Assembly: GCA_003483065.1 (NCBI GenBank)
Contig: DMWY01000001.1
Location: 8,606 to 72,605 of the forward strand
Direction: 5' to 3'
From: Candidatus Moraniibacteriota bacterium
GTDB lineage: Bacteria; Patescibacteriota; Minisyncoccia; Moranbacterales; UBA2206
DNA: 64,000 nt
Under the pieces are notes generated by a model. The model saw only the letters and a program-made list of their open reading frames with translations, was not told the DNA's origin and did not search any database. Of this stretch, positions 54,871 through 63,919 are shown piece by piece. Positions within the stretch are counted from its first letter, which is position 1. Each line of letters starts with the position of its first letter. Both the position numbers and the translations under genes were made by a program.

Positions 54871-55572
54871 ATGAAAAATGATATCATTGTAATTTCTCTT
54901 GGAGGATCATTAATCGTTCCAAAAAGAATCGATTGGCAGTTTTTGAAAAAATTCAGAGAATTAATAATTTGCGAAATTAAGAAAGGAAAAAGATTTGCGA
55001 TCATCACGGGTGGAGGATATGCGGCGCGGGAATATGCGCAAGCAGCGAGCAAGGTGACAAAACTCACCAAAGATGATCAAGACTGGCTTGGAATTCATAC
55101 GACTAGACTCAACGCGCATCTTATTAAAACTATTTTTAGACAATATGCCAATCAACGAATCAACAAAAATCCGCGCACCAAAGAAGATTTAACGAGTCAC
55201 TTTGCTAATGGAGAGGGAATTATGGTGGCTGCCGGATGGAAACCAGGATGGTCAACGGACTATGTCGCCACAATTATCGCGGAAAGACTGGGCGCCAAAA
55301 AACTCATCAATCTTTCTAATATCAAATATGCTTGCGACAAAGATCCAAAAAAATATCCTGATGCAAGAATAATCAAAGAAATCAATTGGAAAAATTTTAG
55401 GCGTATTGTCGGCAACCGCTGGGACCCAGGACTTAATATGCCATTTGACCCAGTCGCTTCAAAACTGGCCCAAGAAAACAATCTCGAGGTTATCATTGCC
55501 GAGGGCAAAAATCTTAAGAATTTAAAAAACATTTTGGAGGAAAAGGAGTTTCAGGGGACGGTAATAAGATAG
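54871..55572 (+). CDS. Amino-acid-kinase-fold protein, archaeal-type UMP kinase-like
   Basis: IVISLGGSLI and AIITGGGYAAREYAQAAS (GGG..AR.Y) are present. The protein is 233 aa. Confidence 0.5.
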   Translation: MKNDIIVISLGGSLIVPKRIDWQFLKKFRELIICEIKKGKRFAIITGGGYAAREYAQAASKVTKLTKDDQDWLGIHTTRLNAHLIKTIFRQYANQRINKNPRTKEDLTSHFANGEGIMVAAGWKPGWSTDYVATIIAERLGAKKLINLSNIKYACDKDPKKYPDARIIKEINWKNFRRIVGNRWDPGLNMPFDPVASKLAQENNLEVIIAEGKNLKNLKNILEEKEFQGTVIR

Positions 55573-55611
55573 TGAATAGCAATTAGTTTATTGGTGAATA
55601 GTTTTTTTAAT

Positions 55612-55640
55612 TTGACATTTCTATTGCATTTTGCTTAAAT
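55612..55640 (+). promoter_or_regulatory. sigma70-like promoter (TTGACA, 17 nt, TTAAAT) bracketed by the 7-8-bp inverted repeat TTGACAT/ATGTCAA
   Basis: Read from the sequence. Downstream is a 5-bp hairpin (55672-55685), then SD AAGGAGGGG. Confidence 0.4.
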
Positions 55641-55702
55641 GTAATGTCAAATAGAGTACACAAACAATAACTGCCTAAAAAGGCAAAAAAGGAGGGGTAA
55701 TT

Positions 55703-55912
55703 ATGAAATTAAGAGTTAAAGAAATTTTTCATTCTTACAATCGTACTGTTGCGGAATTAGAAAAAAATACCGCCGAGGCAGCAACAAGGGGTGATGGTCA
55801 AATAAAAGATCTCGGGAGGCTTATTAATAAAATGGATATATTGGGAAGATTGTTGGGGGAGTGTGACCTGGAAATTAAAATCAATCCAAACGATGCTCAA
55901 TTTCTACAATAA
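55703..55912 (+). CDS. Small (69 aa) hypothetical helical protein, monocistronic
   Basis: It has a strong SD and its own promoter and terminator. No family is recognised. Confidence 0.45.
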   Translation: MKLRVKEIFHSYNRTVAELEKNTAEAATRGDGQIKDLGRLINKMDILGRLLGECDLEIKINPNDAQFLQ

Positions 55913-55933
55913 TCTTTCTGGATTTATCAAAAC

Positions 55934-55972
55934 TAAGGCATACGCAGTCCAAGATTGCGTATGCCTTTTAAA
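55934..55972. terminator. Strong rho-independent terminator (11-bp stem AGGCATACGCA/TGCGTATGCCT)
   Basis: Read from the sequence. It is bidirectional between convergent genes. Confidence 0.75.
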
Positions 55973-56422
55973 TTACCTAAAACTAACTTTTTTATACTTC
56001 AACAAAAAATAAATTAAAGAATAAAAAACCAAAGCGATGATTCCGGCAGTGATGAGGAAACCAACAATAAGGGGTAGAACTAATTCTAGAAAAATAATTT
56101 TGCTGAAAAAATATTCTAGTCCCAGATGATAGGTCGAGTTAAAATTATCAATCAATTCTTGCGAATTAGTTTTGAAAATAAAAGCTCCAATCCCAGCTGA
56201 GATTGGTAGAGTAACAACCGTCGCCCACATATTAAAAGCTAAGGCTCCGGCGGTAGCTGATAAGCGATTGAAGCGGAAAAGCGAAGCTAAAATTAGAGTA
56301 GCTAGGAGTCCTTCTCCCGGAATGATTCCTAAAAAAATTCCCAAAGATGCTCCTGCGGCAATTTTGTGCGGGGTGTCGTCGATAAGAAAGAATTTTTTGA
56401 TAAAGGTTTTTAGTTTTTTCAT
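55973..56422 (-). CDS. DUF2062-like small membrane protein
   Basis: KIAAGASLGIFLGIIPGEG...FNRLSATAGALAFN is present. The start is set at the internal Met, because the upstream 23 codons derive from repeat copy C. Confidence 0.45.
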   Translation of the reverse strand: MKKLKTFIKKFFLIDDTPHKIAAGASLGIFLGIIPGEGLLATLILASLFRFNRLSATAGALAFNMWATVVTLPISAGIGAFIFKTNSQELIDNFNSTYHLGLEYFFSKIIFLELVLPLIVGFLITAGIIALVFYSLIYFLLKYKKVSFR

Positions 56423-56432
56423 ATAACTAAGT

Positions 56433-56476
56433 AGATCCTTCGACTTCGTCCGAGTACGGACTTCGCTCAGGATGAC
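56433..56476. mobile_element. Partial (right-half) copy of the palindromic mini-element (...TTCGCTCAGGATGAC)
   Basis: It shares AGATCCTTCG...TTCGCTCAGGATGAC with copy A. Confidence 0.45.
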
Positions 56477-56487
56477 AACTGAGGTTG

Positions 56488-57642
56488 TCATTTTTTCTTT
56501 ACGCTTAAACTTTTGGTTTCTTTGTCGAGAACTTTGGCTTCTTCAATTTCCTTTTTGGCATCATACGGCAAAACGCCCAAAATATTTCGCAGTGCTATAC
56601 CATCTACTTTCAACACATCTTCCCAATGATCCAGCGGTTCCAAAACTTCACGCAATTTTTTCTCGTCGTATTTATAAGTCTTACGAAGTGACCTGGCAAT
56701 AACGCCTTGCGGACCAAAAACTCTTTCCACGCCTTCTTGATCCATATAGCCCAAAATATCTTCTTGTAATTTAGCCAAGCGATCCTTTGTCAGGGTAATA
56801 GCTGATTTTAGGTCGATATATTCTTCAATTGATTTATTTATTTCATCTGTGTCGATGTGACGCAATTCTTTGAATTTATGTTTCCACATCGGGCAAAGAT
56901 TTTGGTATCCGCACCAATCGCAAAGAGGGGATATTGTTGGTTCAAAATTGCCAGCCTCGATGACTTTTATAGTGTCCAAAAAAAGTTGTTCACTTTTTTT
57001 CAATTGTTCCAATGTCCGAGTGGCGGATAATTTCATGCCATGTTTCAAATAGTATAAACTTACTTTTATTTTGTCTAAGTTATTGATTTCTTTGGGATAT
57101 TGCGAAAGAAAAGCTTGCAGATAAACCGAAAGCTGAATGTCGTTGTCAACTTTTTCTTGATTGGGCATTTTCTTAGTAGTCTTATAATCGATAATCTCAA
57201 AACCATCTTCGGTTTTGTCGATACGGTCAATTATTCCGGAGATGATATGTCTTTCTTGGGCTTGCCCCGTGGTCGCCGTAGGTGACTTTGCGGGGCCAAT
57301 TTCAATTTGAAAGCGTGATTCTAAATTGATAATATTAAAATCCGCGGGATTATTTTTTTGGTAGTAATCTTGAATAATTTTGACGCCTTGGGAAAAGGCG
57401 GCGCGTTCTTCGGTTTCTCCGTCAAAAACTGCTGGGTTCCAAGCATTGGAAAAATGCTCCATGGCTTGATCCAAAGTGGGGGAGAGAATGCCTGGTGTGT
57501 GGATAAATTTCATTGTTTCATGAATTGTCGAGCCAAAAACCGCCTCCTTAGATTTAGGCACCTTAATGTGGTCAATATTTTGAAATTTATATTTCAGCGG
57601 ACAATTTTGATAGGCATCAAAGGCCGAGTATGATATGCGCAT
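56488..57642 (-). CDS. PD-(D/E)XK nuclease with Cas4/AddB-like Fe-S cysteines (1 N-terminal + 3 C-terminal)
   Basis: GIIDRIDK...EIIDYKT is the D/ExK motif, and QLSVY follows. C14 plus CDWCGYQNLC supply the cysteines. Confidence 0.6.
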   Translation of the reverse strand: MRISYSAFDAYQNCPLKYKFQNIDHIKVPKSKEAVFGSTIHETMKFIHTPGILSPTLDQAMEHFSNAWNPAVFDGETEERAAFSQGVKIIQDYYQKNNPADFNIINLESRFQIEIGPAKSPTATTGQAQERHIISGIIDRIDKTEDGFEIIDYKTTKKMPNQEKVDNDIQLSVYLQAFLSQYPKEINNLDKIKVSLYYLKHGMKLSATRTLEQLKKSEQLFLDTIKVIEAGNFEPTISPLCDWCGYQNLCPMWKHKFKELRHIDTDEINKSIEEYIDLKSAITLTKDRLAKLQEDILGYMDQEGVERVFGPQGVIARSLRKTYKYDEKKLREVLEPLDHWEDVLKVDGIALRNILGVLPYDAKKEIEEAKVLDKETKSLSVKKK

Positions 57643-57667
57643 AAAATTATTATTTAGTAGTAAGCTT

Positions 57668-57687
57668 GTCTGCCGATGAGGCAGGTA
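57668..57687. repeat. GC-rich hairpin GTCTGCC-GATGA-GGCAGGTA in the divergent intergenic region
   Basis: It has the same CTGCC-N5-GGCAG architecture as 41671-41690 and 44283-44303. Confidence 0.4.
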
Positions 57688-57709
57688 TTATGTAGTAAGT
57701 ATAAGGTAT

Positions 57710-57737
57710 TTGACAGTTTTTTAAAAGGCGCTATAAT
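57710..57737 (+). promoter_or_regulatory. sigma70-like promoter TTGACA, 16 nt, TATAAT, followed by a near-palindrome TACTAAATTAGTA (57745-57757) before the Rrf2 start
   Basis: Read from the sequence. The palindrome is a candidate Rrf2/IscR autoregulatory site. Confidence 0.5.
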
Positions 57738-57770
57738 TAAAGCATACTAAATTAGTAGGATATAAACAAT

Positions 57771-58157
57771 ATGAAGTTTTCTACAAAAGCAGAATACGGG
57801 CTTAGAGCAATGGTTAATTTAGCCAGCTGTTTTCCTGAACTCAAAAATATTAAAAGTATTTCCCAAGAAGAAAAAATATCAGCCAAGTATTTAGAGAGAT
57901 TAATTGGAGAATTGCGAGAAAGAAAAATAGTGAAAAGTTTGAAAGGAAAAAATGGGGGATATGTTTTAGCACGAAAGCCGGAGCAAATAACCGCTGGGGA
58001 AATTATTGAAATTATGGATGGCTCGATGGTACCGAAATGTTATGGCAATCAATGTACTCACATGAAGACTTGTGCTTCCAGTTTCGTGTGGATAAAATTA
58101 GGTGAGCAAATTAGAAAAACTTTGTATGGGATTAAGTTAGGTGATTTAATAAAATAA
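57771..58157 (+). CDS. iscR: Rrf2-family transcriptional regulator (IscR-like, 3-Cys cluster ligands)
   Basis: MKFSTKAEYGLRAM is the HTH. CYGNQCTHMKTC supplies the cysteines. Confidence 0.8.
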   Translation: MKFSTKAEYGLRAMVNLASCFPELKNIKSISQEEKISAKYLERLIGELRERKIVKSLKGKNGGYVLARKPEQITAGEIIEIMDGSMVPKCYGNQCTHMKTCASSFVWIKLGEQIRKTLYGIKLGDLIK

Positions 58158-58169
58158 ATAATAATTTTT

Positions 58170-59387
58170 ATGAAACAAATATATTTCGATCACGCGGCAA
58201 CTACGCCCGTAGACAAAAAAGTATTGCAAGAAATGATGCCATATTTTAATCAGAATTTTGGCAATGCTTCATCGATTCATTCTTTTGGTCAGGAAGCATT
58301 GCTGGCAGTGGAAAAAGCCAGAATGCAAGTGGCTAAATATTTCAATGCTAATCTAAACGAAATTATTTTTACTAGCGGAGCGACAGAATCAAATAATTTA
58401 GCGATAAAAGGGACAGACAGAGCTTATTTTAAAAAAGAGAAAAAGAAACCACATATTATCACAACTACCTTTGAACATCATTGTGTTCTGGAGACTGTGA
58501 AAAAAATGGAAAAAGAAAATTTAATCGAAGCAACTTTTATAAATCCAAAAAAAGATGGAGTGATTGATGTTCGTGATATAAAAAATGCAATCAAGTCGAA
58601 TACAATTTTGGTTTCTGTGATGTATGTCAACAATGAAATCGGCACGGTGCAACCGATTTCTGAAATAGGAAGAATGATAAAATCAAAAAACAGTGAACAA
58701 GGAACAGGAGACAAGAAAATTATATTCCACACAGATGCGACTCAGGCAGTGGCTTATTTTGATTGTAATGTTGAAAAATTGGGAGTAGATTTGATGAGTA
58801 TGTCAGCGCATAAAATATATGGACCAAAAGGAGTGGGGGCGTTATATGTCAAGTTTGGGCTTGATATAGCCAAAATTCAAGATGGTGGAGCGCAAGAATT
58901 TGGACTGCGCGCAGGCACTCTAAATGTACCAGGGATAGTTGGACTAGGAAGTGCGATATCAATGATTAGAAATCAAGATTCAGTAAATACAAAAATAAGA
59001 GAACTGAGAGATTATTTAGTTGCAAAAATTCTCAAAGAAATTCCAGATTCAAGATTAAATGGTTCAAAGATAAAAAGATCACCGAATAATGTGAATGTAA
59101 ATTTTTCGCGAGTAGAAGGGGAGAGTCTTTTAATGATGCTTTCAGCGGAGGGAGTTTTTGCTTCAACCGGTTCAGCTTGTTCATCGGGATCGCTTTCGCC
59201 ATCACACGTGCTTTTGTCGCTTGGTTTGAAACCAGAAGAAACGCATGGCTCACTCAGATTGACACTGGGAAAAAATACGACCAAAAAAGAAATTGATTAT
59301 GCGGTGAAAGCAATTAAAAAATCAGTAGAAAAATTGAGAAAAGTTTCTGGCAATGTGCTTAAGGATTATTATAAAAATAAATCTTAA
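58170..59387 (+). CDS. iscS: Cysteine desulfurase (NifS/IscS)
   Basis: IYFDHAATTP is present. SAHKIYGPKG contains the PLP-Lys. SACSSGS contains the active Cys. Confidence 0.9.
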   Translation: MKQIYFDHAATTPVDKKVLQEMMPYFNQNFGNASSIHSFGQEALLAVEKARMQVAKYFNANLNEIIFTSGATESNNLAIKGTDRAYFKKEKKKPHIITTTFEHHCVLETVKKMEKENLIEATFINPKKDGVIDVRDIKNAIKSNTILVSVMYVNNEIGTVQPISEIGRMIKSKNSEQGTGDKKIIFHTDATQAVAYFDCNVEKLGVDLMSMSAHKIYGPKGVGALYVKFGLDIAKIQDGGAQEFGLRAGTLNVPGIVGLGSAISMIRNQDSVNTKIRELRDYLVAKILKEIPDSRLNGSKIKRSPNNVNVNFSRVEGESLLMMLSAEGVFASTGSACSSGSLSPSHVLLSLGLKPEETHGSLRLTLGKNTTKKEIDYAVKAIKKSVEKLRKVSGNVLKDYYKNKS

Positions 59388-59452
59388 TGTTTGTAAATTT
59401 ATTAAAGTTTCTTTATGAACTTTTAACTTTATAGACTTTTAACTTAACTTAT

Positions 59453-59839
59453 ATGTATTCAAAAAAAGTTCTGGAACATTTTACTCGTCCACACAATCAG
59501 GGTGTGATAAAAAATCCATCAGGAGTTGGAATGGTTGGCAATCCAACTTGCGGTGATATGATGAAAATTTATATCAAGGTAAAAAAAGATGTCAAAAAGA
59601 GGGAAGTGATAAGTGATATCAAATTTGAAACTCTGGGATGCGCTAGCGCGATTGCGACCTCATCTATGATCACCGATTTGGCAAAAAACAAGACTTTGGA
59701 GGAGGCATTAAAGATTACCAGGAATGATGTGGCGGAAGCTCTAGAGGGTTTGCCGCCAATAAAAATGCATTGTTCGAATTTAGCAGCTGATAGTTTGAGA
59801 GAAGCGGTAAGGGATTATAGAGATAAGAATAAAAAATAA
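59453..59839 (+). CDS. iscU: Fe-S cluster scaffold IscU/NifU
   Basis: NPTCGDMMK, LGCASAIATSSM and HCSNLAADS are present. Confidence 0.9.
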   Translation: MYSKKVLEHFTRPHNQGVIKNPSGVGMVGNPTCGDMMKIYIKVKKDVKKREVISDIKFETLGCASAIATSSMITDLAKNKTLEEALKITRNDVAEALEGLPPIKMHCSNLAADSLREAVRDYRDKNKK

Positions 59840-59867
59840 AATAAATTTATCAATAAAATTGTTTTTT

Positions 59868-59897
59868 AAAAACCGCTCTAAAAAAGCGGTTTTTATT
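59868..59897 (+). terminator. Rho-independent terminator (ACCGCT / AGCGGT stem + T-run)
   Basis: Read from the sequence. Confidence 0.75.
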
Positions 59898-60023
59898 AAA
59901 GGGGAGTGGGGCGAGAGAAATGTCTATAGTGTCGCACAATGATACTTATACGACACTATGTATTATCCTAGGCCCTACTGAATAGATTAAGGTCTGCATA
60001 CATCAATCTATCCTAATATAAAT

Positions 60024-60065
60024 AAAAACGGCTCTCAAGTTAATTTTGGAAGCCGTTTTTTTATT
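60024..60065. terminator. Hairpin AACGGCT...AGCCGTT with T-runs on both strands; terminator for the M23 peptidase gene
   Basis: Read from the sequence. Confidence 0.6.
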
Positions 60066-60069
60066 TTTC

Positions 60070-61302
60070 TTATTTTAAATATTTCATTGGATTGATTGAA
60101 GCGCCAACTGGAATCATAAGTCCTTTGACATATTTTGATTGGACTGTTTCAAAACTTTTTGAAGTGAAAACAGAAAAGTGAAGATGTGGGCCAGTTGAAT
60201 TTCCAGTATTGCCACTTTTTCCAATCTTGTCCCCTATTTTTAGAGTGCTACCTTTTGAAACGAGTTGACTACTAAGATGTCCATATAATGTGAGTAGTCC
60301 ATCATTATGGTCAACCGCAACCCATTTGCCATAAGCATATTTTCCATTGTTGCCGATTCCGACAACTTTTCCGCCTTTGGCTGTGAAAATATTATTACCA
60401 GTGCTAAGTCCAAAATCAACTCCGTTATGAGGTTTGCCACCATAAGCGCCTCGTTTGGCATAGGAAGTCATTCCATATCCCTGGGTGATTCTTACTGAAG
60501 AGACTGGATAGTTGAAATATCCGCCTTTAGCAGGAGGCAAATTACTATAATCAACGGCCTTGCTTGATTCTAGGCTATATATTTCATCTTCAATGTCGGA
60601 TAAAAGTTTTTCATACTTTGCTTTTTCTGCTTGAGTCTCGACGAGAATTTTTTGTTTTTGATTTTCACTTAATTGTAATTCATATTTGTCATCTTGCAAT
60701 TCTTTTTTTAGTTTTTCACTTTGCTCATAGGATCCTTGAAGTTCTTTTTGGTCATCAACTAATTCTTGCTGATTCTTTTTTATGGTGGCTAATAGGTCTG
60801 ACACTCTAACTCCGGATTGTCTGATATAATCCACTTGTCCAAAAGGATTTGTAAATGTATTATCCAGAAGAACTATATCTAAAATTCCCTGTTGGTCATA
60901 ATCATAATAGGACTGCATCAAGCCGGAAAGCATTTTCTTTTGATAGATGATATCCTTTTCTTTTTCTTCGATGCTATTTTCCAAGGTAGTTATTTTTTCA
61001 GAAATACTGGTTAGATTTTTAATTGTTTCAAGAAGGGTTTGTTGGTTTTGGGCTTGTTCTTTGTTTATATAACCAATTTGACTATTGACGACTTCTAGTT
61101 GCTTAGTTTTGACTTCTATTATTTTTTCATATTTTTCAATTTTATCGCAATCATCAGAACATTTTTTTTGTAATGTCTGGTCAGTTGGATAGAGAGTTTT
61201 GCACTTATCCTCACAATCAACAGCAAAAACTTTTTCCAAATTTAAAAATGAAAAAATTGCGATAAAAATAAAAAATATTAATTTTGTTTTTTTGTTTAAC
61301 AT
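60070..61302 (-). CDS. M23-family peptidoglycan metalloendopeptidase with N-terminal signal/TM and coiled-coil region
   Basis: HNGVDF and GPHLHFSV are present, with a Gln/Glu-rich coiled coil. Confidence 0.8.
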   Translation of the reverse strand: MLNKKTKLIFFIFIAIFSFLNLEKVFAVDCEDKCKTLYPTDQTLQKKCSDDCDKIEKYEKIIEVKTKQLEVVNSQIGYINKEQAQNQQTLLETIKNLTSISEKITTLENSIEEKEKDIIYQKKMLSGLMQSYYDYDQQGILDIVLLDNTFTNPFGQVDYIRQSGVRVSDLLATIKKNQQELVDDQKELQGSYEQSEKLKKELQDDKYELQLSENQKQKILVETQAEKAKYEKLLSDIEDEIYSLESSKAVDYSNLPPAKGGYFNYPVSSVRITQGYGMTSYAKRGAYGGKPHNGVDFGLSTGNNIFTAKGGKVVGIGNNGKYAYGKWVAVDHNDGLLTLYGHLSSQLVSKGSTLKIGDKIGKSGNTGNSTGPHLHFSVFTSKSFETVQSKYVKGLMIPVGASINPMKYLK

Positions 61303-61321
61303 GAGTTTTATTTTCTTTCTT

Positions 61322-62851
61322 TTATATTTTGCCTATTGTATTTTTTAATCTCGATGATGTTTCTTCTTTCCCAAGCACCCAAGCGCATTCAAAGGGTGAA
61401 GGTGATTTTTTCTCTCCCGTAAGCGTGGCGCGCAGTGGCCAGAGGAGCTCTCCCCTATTTTCTCCCGCAGATTCCATCAGAATTTTTTCCAAATTTTCGC
61501 GTGTCCAATTCTCGTCCGTTATATTTTCCAAAACGTTCAAAGATTTTTCCAGGGATTTTTTCAAGTCATCGTCCGACATATCTTTCCAGCGTAAAAGTTC
61601 CTTGTCAAAATTTGCGTCGTGAAAAAAGAACTGATTACTCTCCCCCACTTCTGACAAATTTTGTAAACGGTCTTGTTCGATTGACAAAACTTTCTTAATA
61701 TATTCGTCCGATTTTTTTTCTGCGCTAGTATTTTTATAAAACTCTTTTTCTTTGAAAAATTCCAAAGATTTTTCATACAATTCTTCAATGGAAAGTTTTT
61801 TTATCCACTGCGAATTTATCCAATCTAATTTTTTGATGTCAAAAACTGCGCCCGCTTTATGAACATGCGCCAAATCAAATTTTTCCACTAATTCATCAAG
61901 CGTGAAAATTTCCTGCGTTTCTCCTTTTCCTGGATTCCAACCGAGCATTGCCACGAAATTGATAATCGCTTCCTTGAGATAGCCTTTCTTTATATAATCT
62001 TCCACCGCCACATCACCTTGGCGTTTGGAAAGTTTGGATTTATCAGGATTAAGAAGAAGCGGTAGATGAGCGAATTTTGGAGCTTCCCAGCCAAAATAGC
62101 GATATAATAGAATATGAATCGGCATACTTGGAAGCCATTCTTCACCACGAATAACATGAGTAGTTTGCATATCATGATCATCTATAACACTAGCCAGATG
62201 ATAGGTTGGAAATCCATCAGATTTTAGAAGTATTTGATCGGTAACTAAATTAGTATTGAATTTAACACGTCCTCGAATTACGTCATCAACCTCAATCGTT
62301 TCATCTTGTGGAACTTTAATTCGAATAGTATAAGGACAATTATTTTTTAGATTTTTATTTATTTCTTCTTCACTAACATTTTGTAAGCAAAATCTATCAT
62401 AAATAGGGGGTTGTTTTTTGGCGGTTTGTTCTTTCCTCATTTCCTCGAGTCTTTCTGGTTCACAAAAACAATAGTAAGCATAACCATTTTTTACCAGCCC
62501 ATCAGCATATTTTTTGTAAATTTCTAATTTTTCTGATTGAATATATGGCCCATACTCGCCCACTTCAAAAACTCCAGGGTAATTTTTTGATTCCTGACTA
62601 TTTGCATTGTTACTTAACACTTTACTTAACATCACTCCTTCATTTCTTTCTAATCCCAGAAAATCCAGTGAATTTATTAATTTTTCCACCGCACCTTCGA
62701 CAAATCTTTTTCGATCAGTATCTTCAATTTTAAGTAGAAAATCGCCACTATTTTTTTTGGCAAATAAATAGGCATAAAGCGCAGTTCGAAGACCTCCTAC
62801 ATGTAAGTATCCGGTCGGCGACGGCGCAAATCTAGTTCTGATTTTGTTCAT
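61322..62851 (-). CDS. gltX: Glutamyl-tRNA synthetase
   Basis: RFAPSPTGYLHVGGLRTALYAY (HIGH region) and KLSKRQ (KMSKS-like) are present. Confidence 0.9.
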   Translation of the reverse strand: MNKIRTRFAPSPTGYLHVGGLRTALYAYLFAKKNSGDFLLKIEDTDRKRFVEGAVEKLINSLDFLGLERNEGVMLSKVLSNNANSQESKNYPGVFEVGEYGPYIQSEKLEIYKKYADGLVKNGYAYYCFCEPERLEEMRKEQTAKKQPPIYDRFCLQNVSEEEINKNLKNNCPYTIRIKVPQDETIEVDDVIRGRVKFNTNLVTDQILLKSDGFPTYHLASVIDDHDMQTTHVIRGEEWLPSMPIHILLYRYFGWEAPKFAHLPLLLNPDKSKLSKRQGDVAVEDYIKKGYLKEAIINFVAMLGWNPGKGETQEIFTLDELVEKFDLAHVHKAGAVFDIKKLDWINSQWIKKLSIEELYEKSLEFFKEKEFYKNTSAEKKSDEYIKKVLSIEQDRLQNLSEVGESNQFFFHDANFDKELLRWKDMSDDDLKKSLEKSLNVLENITDENWTRENLEKILMESAGENRGELLWPLRATLTGEKKSPSPFECAWVLGKEETSSRLKNTIGKI

Positions 62852-62852
62852 A

Positions 62853-63446
62853 TTATTTTATACTTTTTAATTTTTCCACAAACTCCGGAAATTCTTTTAG
62901 ATTAAAATGTCCCTTATCTTCAAAAATTACTTTTTCTGTATTAGGTAGGAGTTTAGAATATTTTTCTATTTCGGAAAATGGAACCATTGGATCATCCTTA
63001 GAATGATAAAGAAAAATTTTGGAACATTGAGTAGAAAATTTTTCTAAAGATTCTCCTAGTGCAAAATCTCCTAGGTAATCATCGCTATGTGGTGCAGCGA
63101 TTAAAAAAGCAGCTTTAATTTTAACTGGGAAATTATTTTCTGATAAATACTTAGTTAAGAAAAGCCCACCAAGTGATCCACCAATTAAGATTATATTGTC
63201 TTCTAAGAATTTAAAGCTTTTTTCAAACCATATTTTCCATTCGATATATTTGGCATTGTAAGCACTGGGCATCTGCGGCAAGAAAACTTCATAATTTTCA
63301 CCAAGATCTCTTTGCAAATTATCTCGCCATTTTTTTCGTCCAGTTAAATATTCTTTTGTAAATTCATGATTCCGAAGATAATCCAAGTACTCTTCATAGG
63401 TCTCAAAAACATCTCCTCCGTGAATAATAAGAATTTGTTGTGGCAT
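62853..63446 (-). CDS. Alpha/beta-hydrolase-fold serine esterase (YdeN/RBBP9-like)
   Basis: LIGGSLGG is the nucleophile elbow. The protein is ~197 aa. Confidence 0.5.
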   Translation of the reverse strand: MPQQILIIHGGDVFETYEEYLDYLRNHEFTKEYLTGRKKWRDNLQRDLGENYEVFLPQMPSAYNAKYIEWKIWFEKSFKFLEDNIILIGGSLGGLFLTKYLSENNFPVKIKAAFLIAAPHSDDYLGDFALGESLEKFSTQCSKIFLYHSKDDPMVPFSEIEKYSKLLPNTEKVIFEDKGHFNLKEFPEFVEKLKSIK

Positions 63447-63472
63447 AATTAGTTTATTTCGTAAATATTTGT

Positions 63473-63919
63473 TTATTTTGTGTCTTCTACGGCTTCTTTT
63501 TCCTCCTTGTCTTTTTTAATTATTCTCCAATGCAGAAGACAAAGTGGCAAAGCGACAAGAAGCATCGTGAATGAGTCAACGTAATTTGTTTGTCTTTCTC
63601 TTTTGAAACAAATATCTCCGGAATTATTTTCTTTCCAGTTTTTATAATCAACCAGAAGAGATGCTAGTTGATCTTTTTGTTCTTGAGTTGTTATTTCACT
63701 ATCTTTTGCATTTTCTATGGACTTGGAAGCTGTAAGCTCATACATCGGAGGCTCATTTCTGCACATTCCATATCCTCCTTTTTCCGCTTCCGGAAAAACA
63801 TATGCCTTTAGCGTCGTGTTTATAATTCTTCCAGCTCCGACTGCTACGAAAATAAGACTGATAAGTGCTGCTAGATACAAGTAGATAGAACGAATTAGTT
63901 TTGTTGTTTTTGTTGTCAT
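63473..63919 (-). CDS. Hypothetical membrane protein
   Basis: There are two hydrophobic segments. No motif is recognised. Confidence 0.3.
   Translation of the reverse strand: MTTKTTKLIRSIYLYLAALISLIFVAVGAGRIINTTLKAYVFPEAEKGGYGMCRNEPPMYELTASKSIENAKDSEITTQEQKDQLASLLVDYKNWKENNSGDICFKRERQTNYVDSFTMLLVALPLCLLHWRIIKKDKEEKEAVEDTK

Noticed and set aside
56423-56491. The annotated N-terminus MTTSVVILSEVRTRTKSKDLLSY of the DUF2062-like ORF
   Set aside because: It is encoded by mini-element copy C. The true start is most likely the internal Met at 56422.
59898-60023. Considered whether the GC-rich island is a tRNA gene
   Set aside because: No acceptor-stem/T-arm cloverleaf can be folded, and there is no GTTC-like T-loop.
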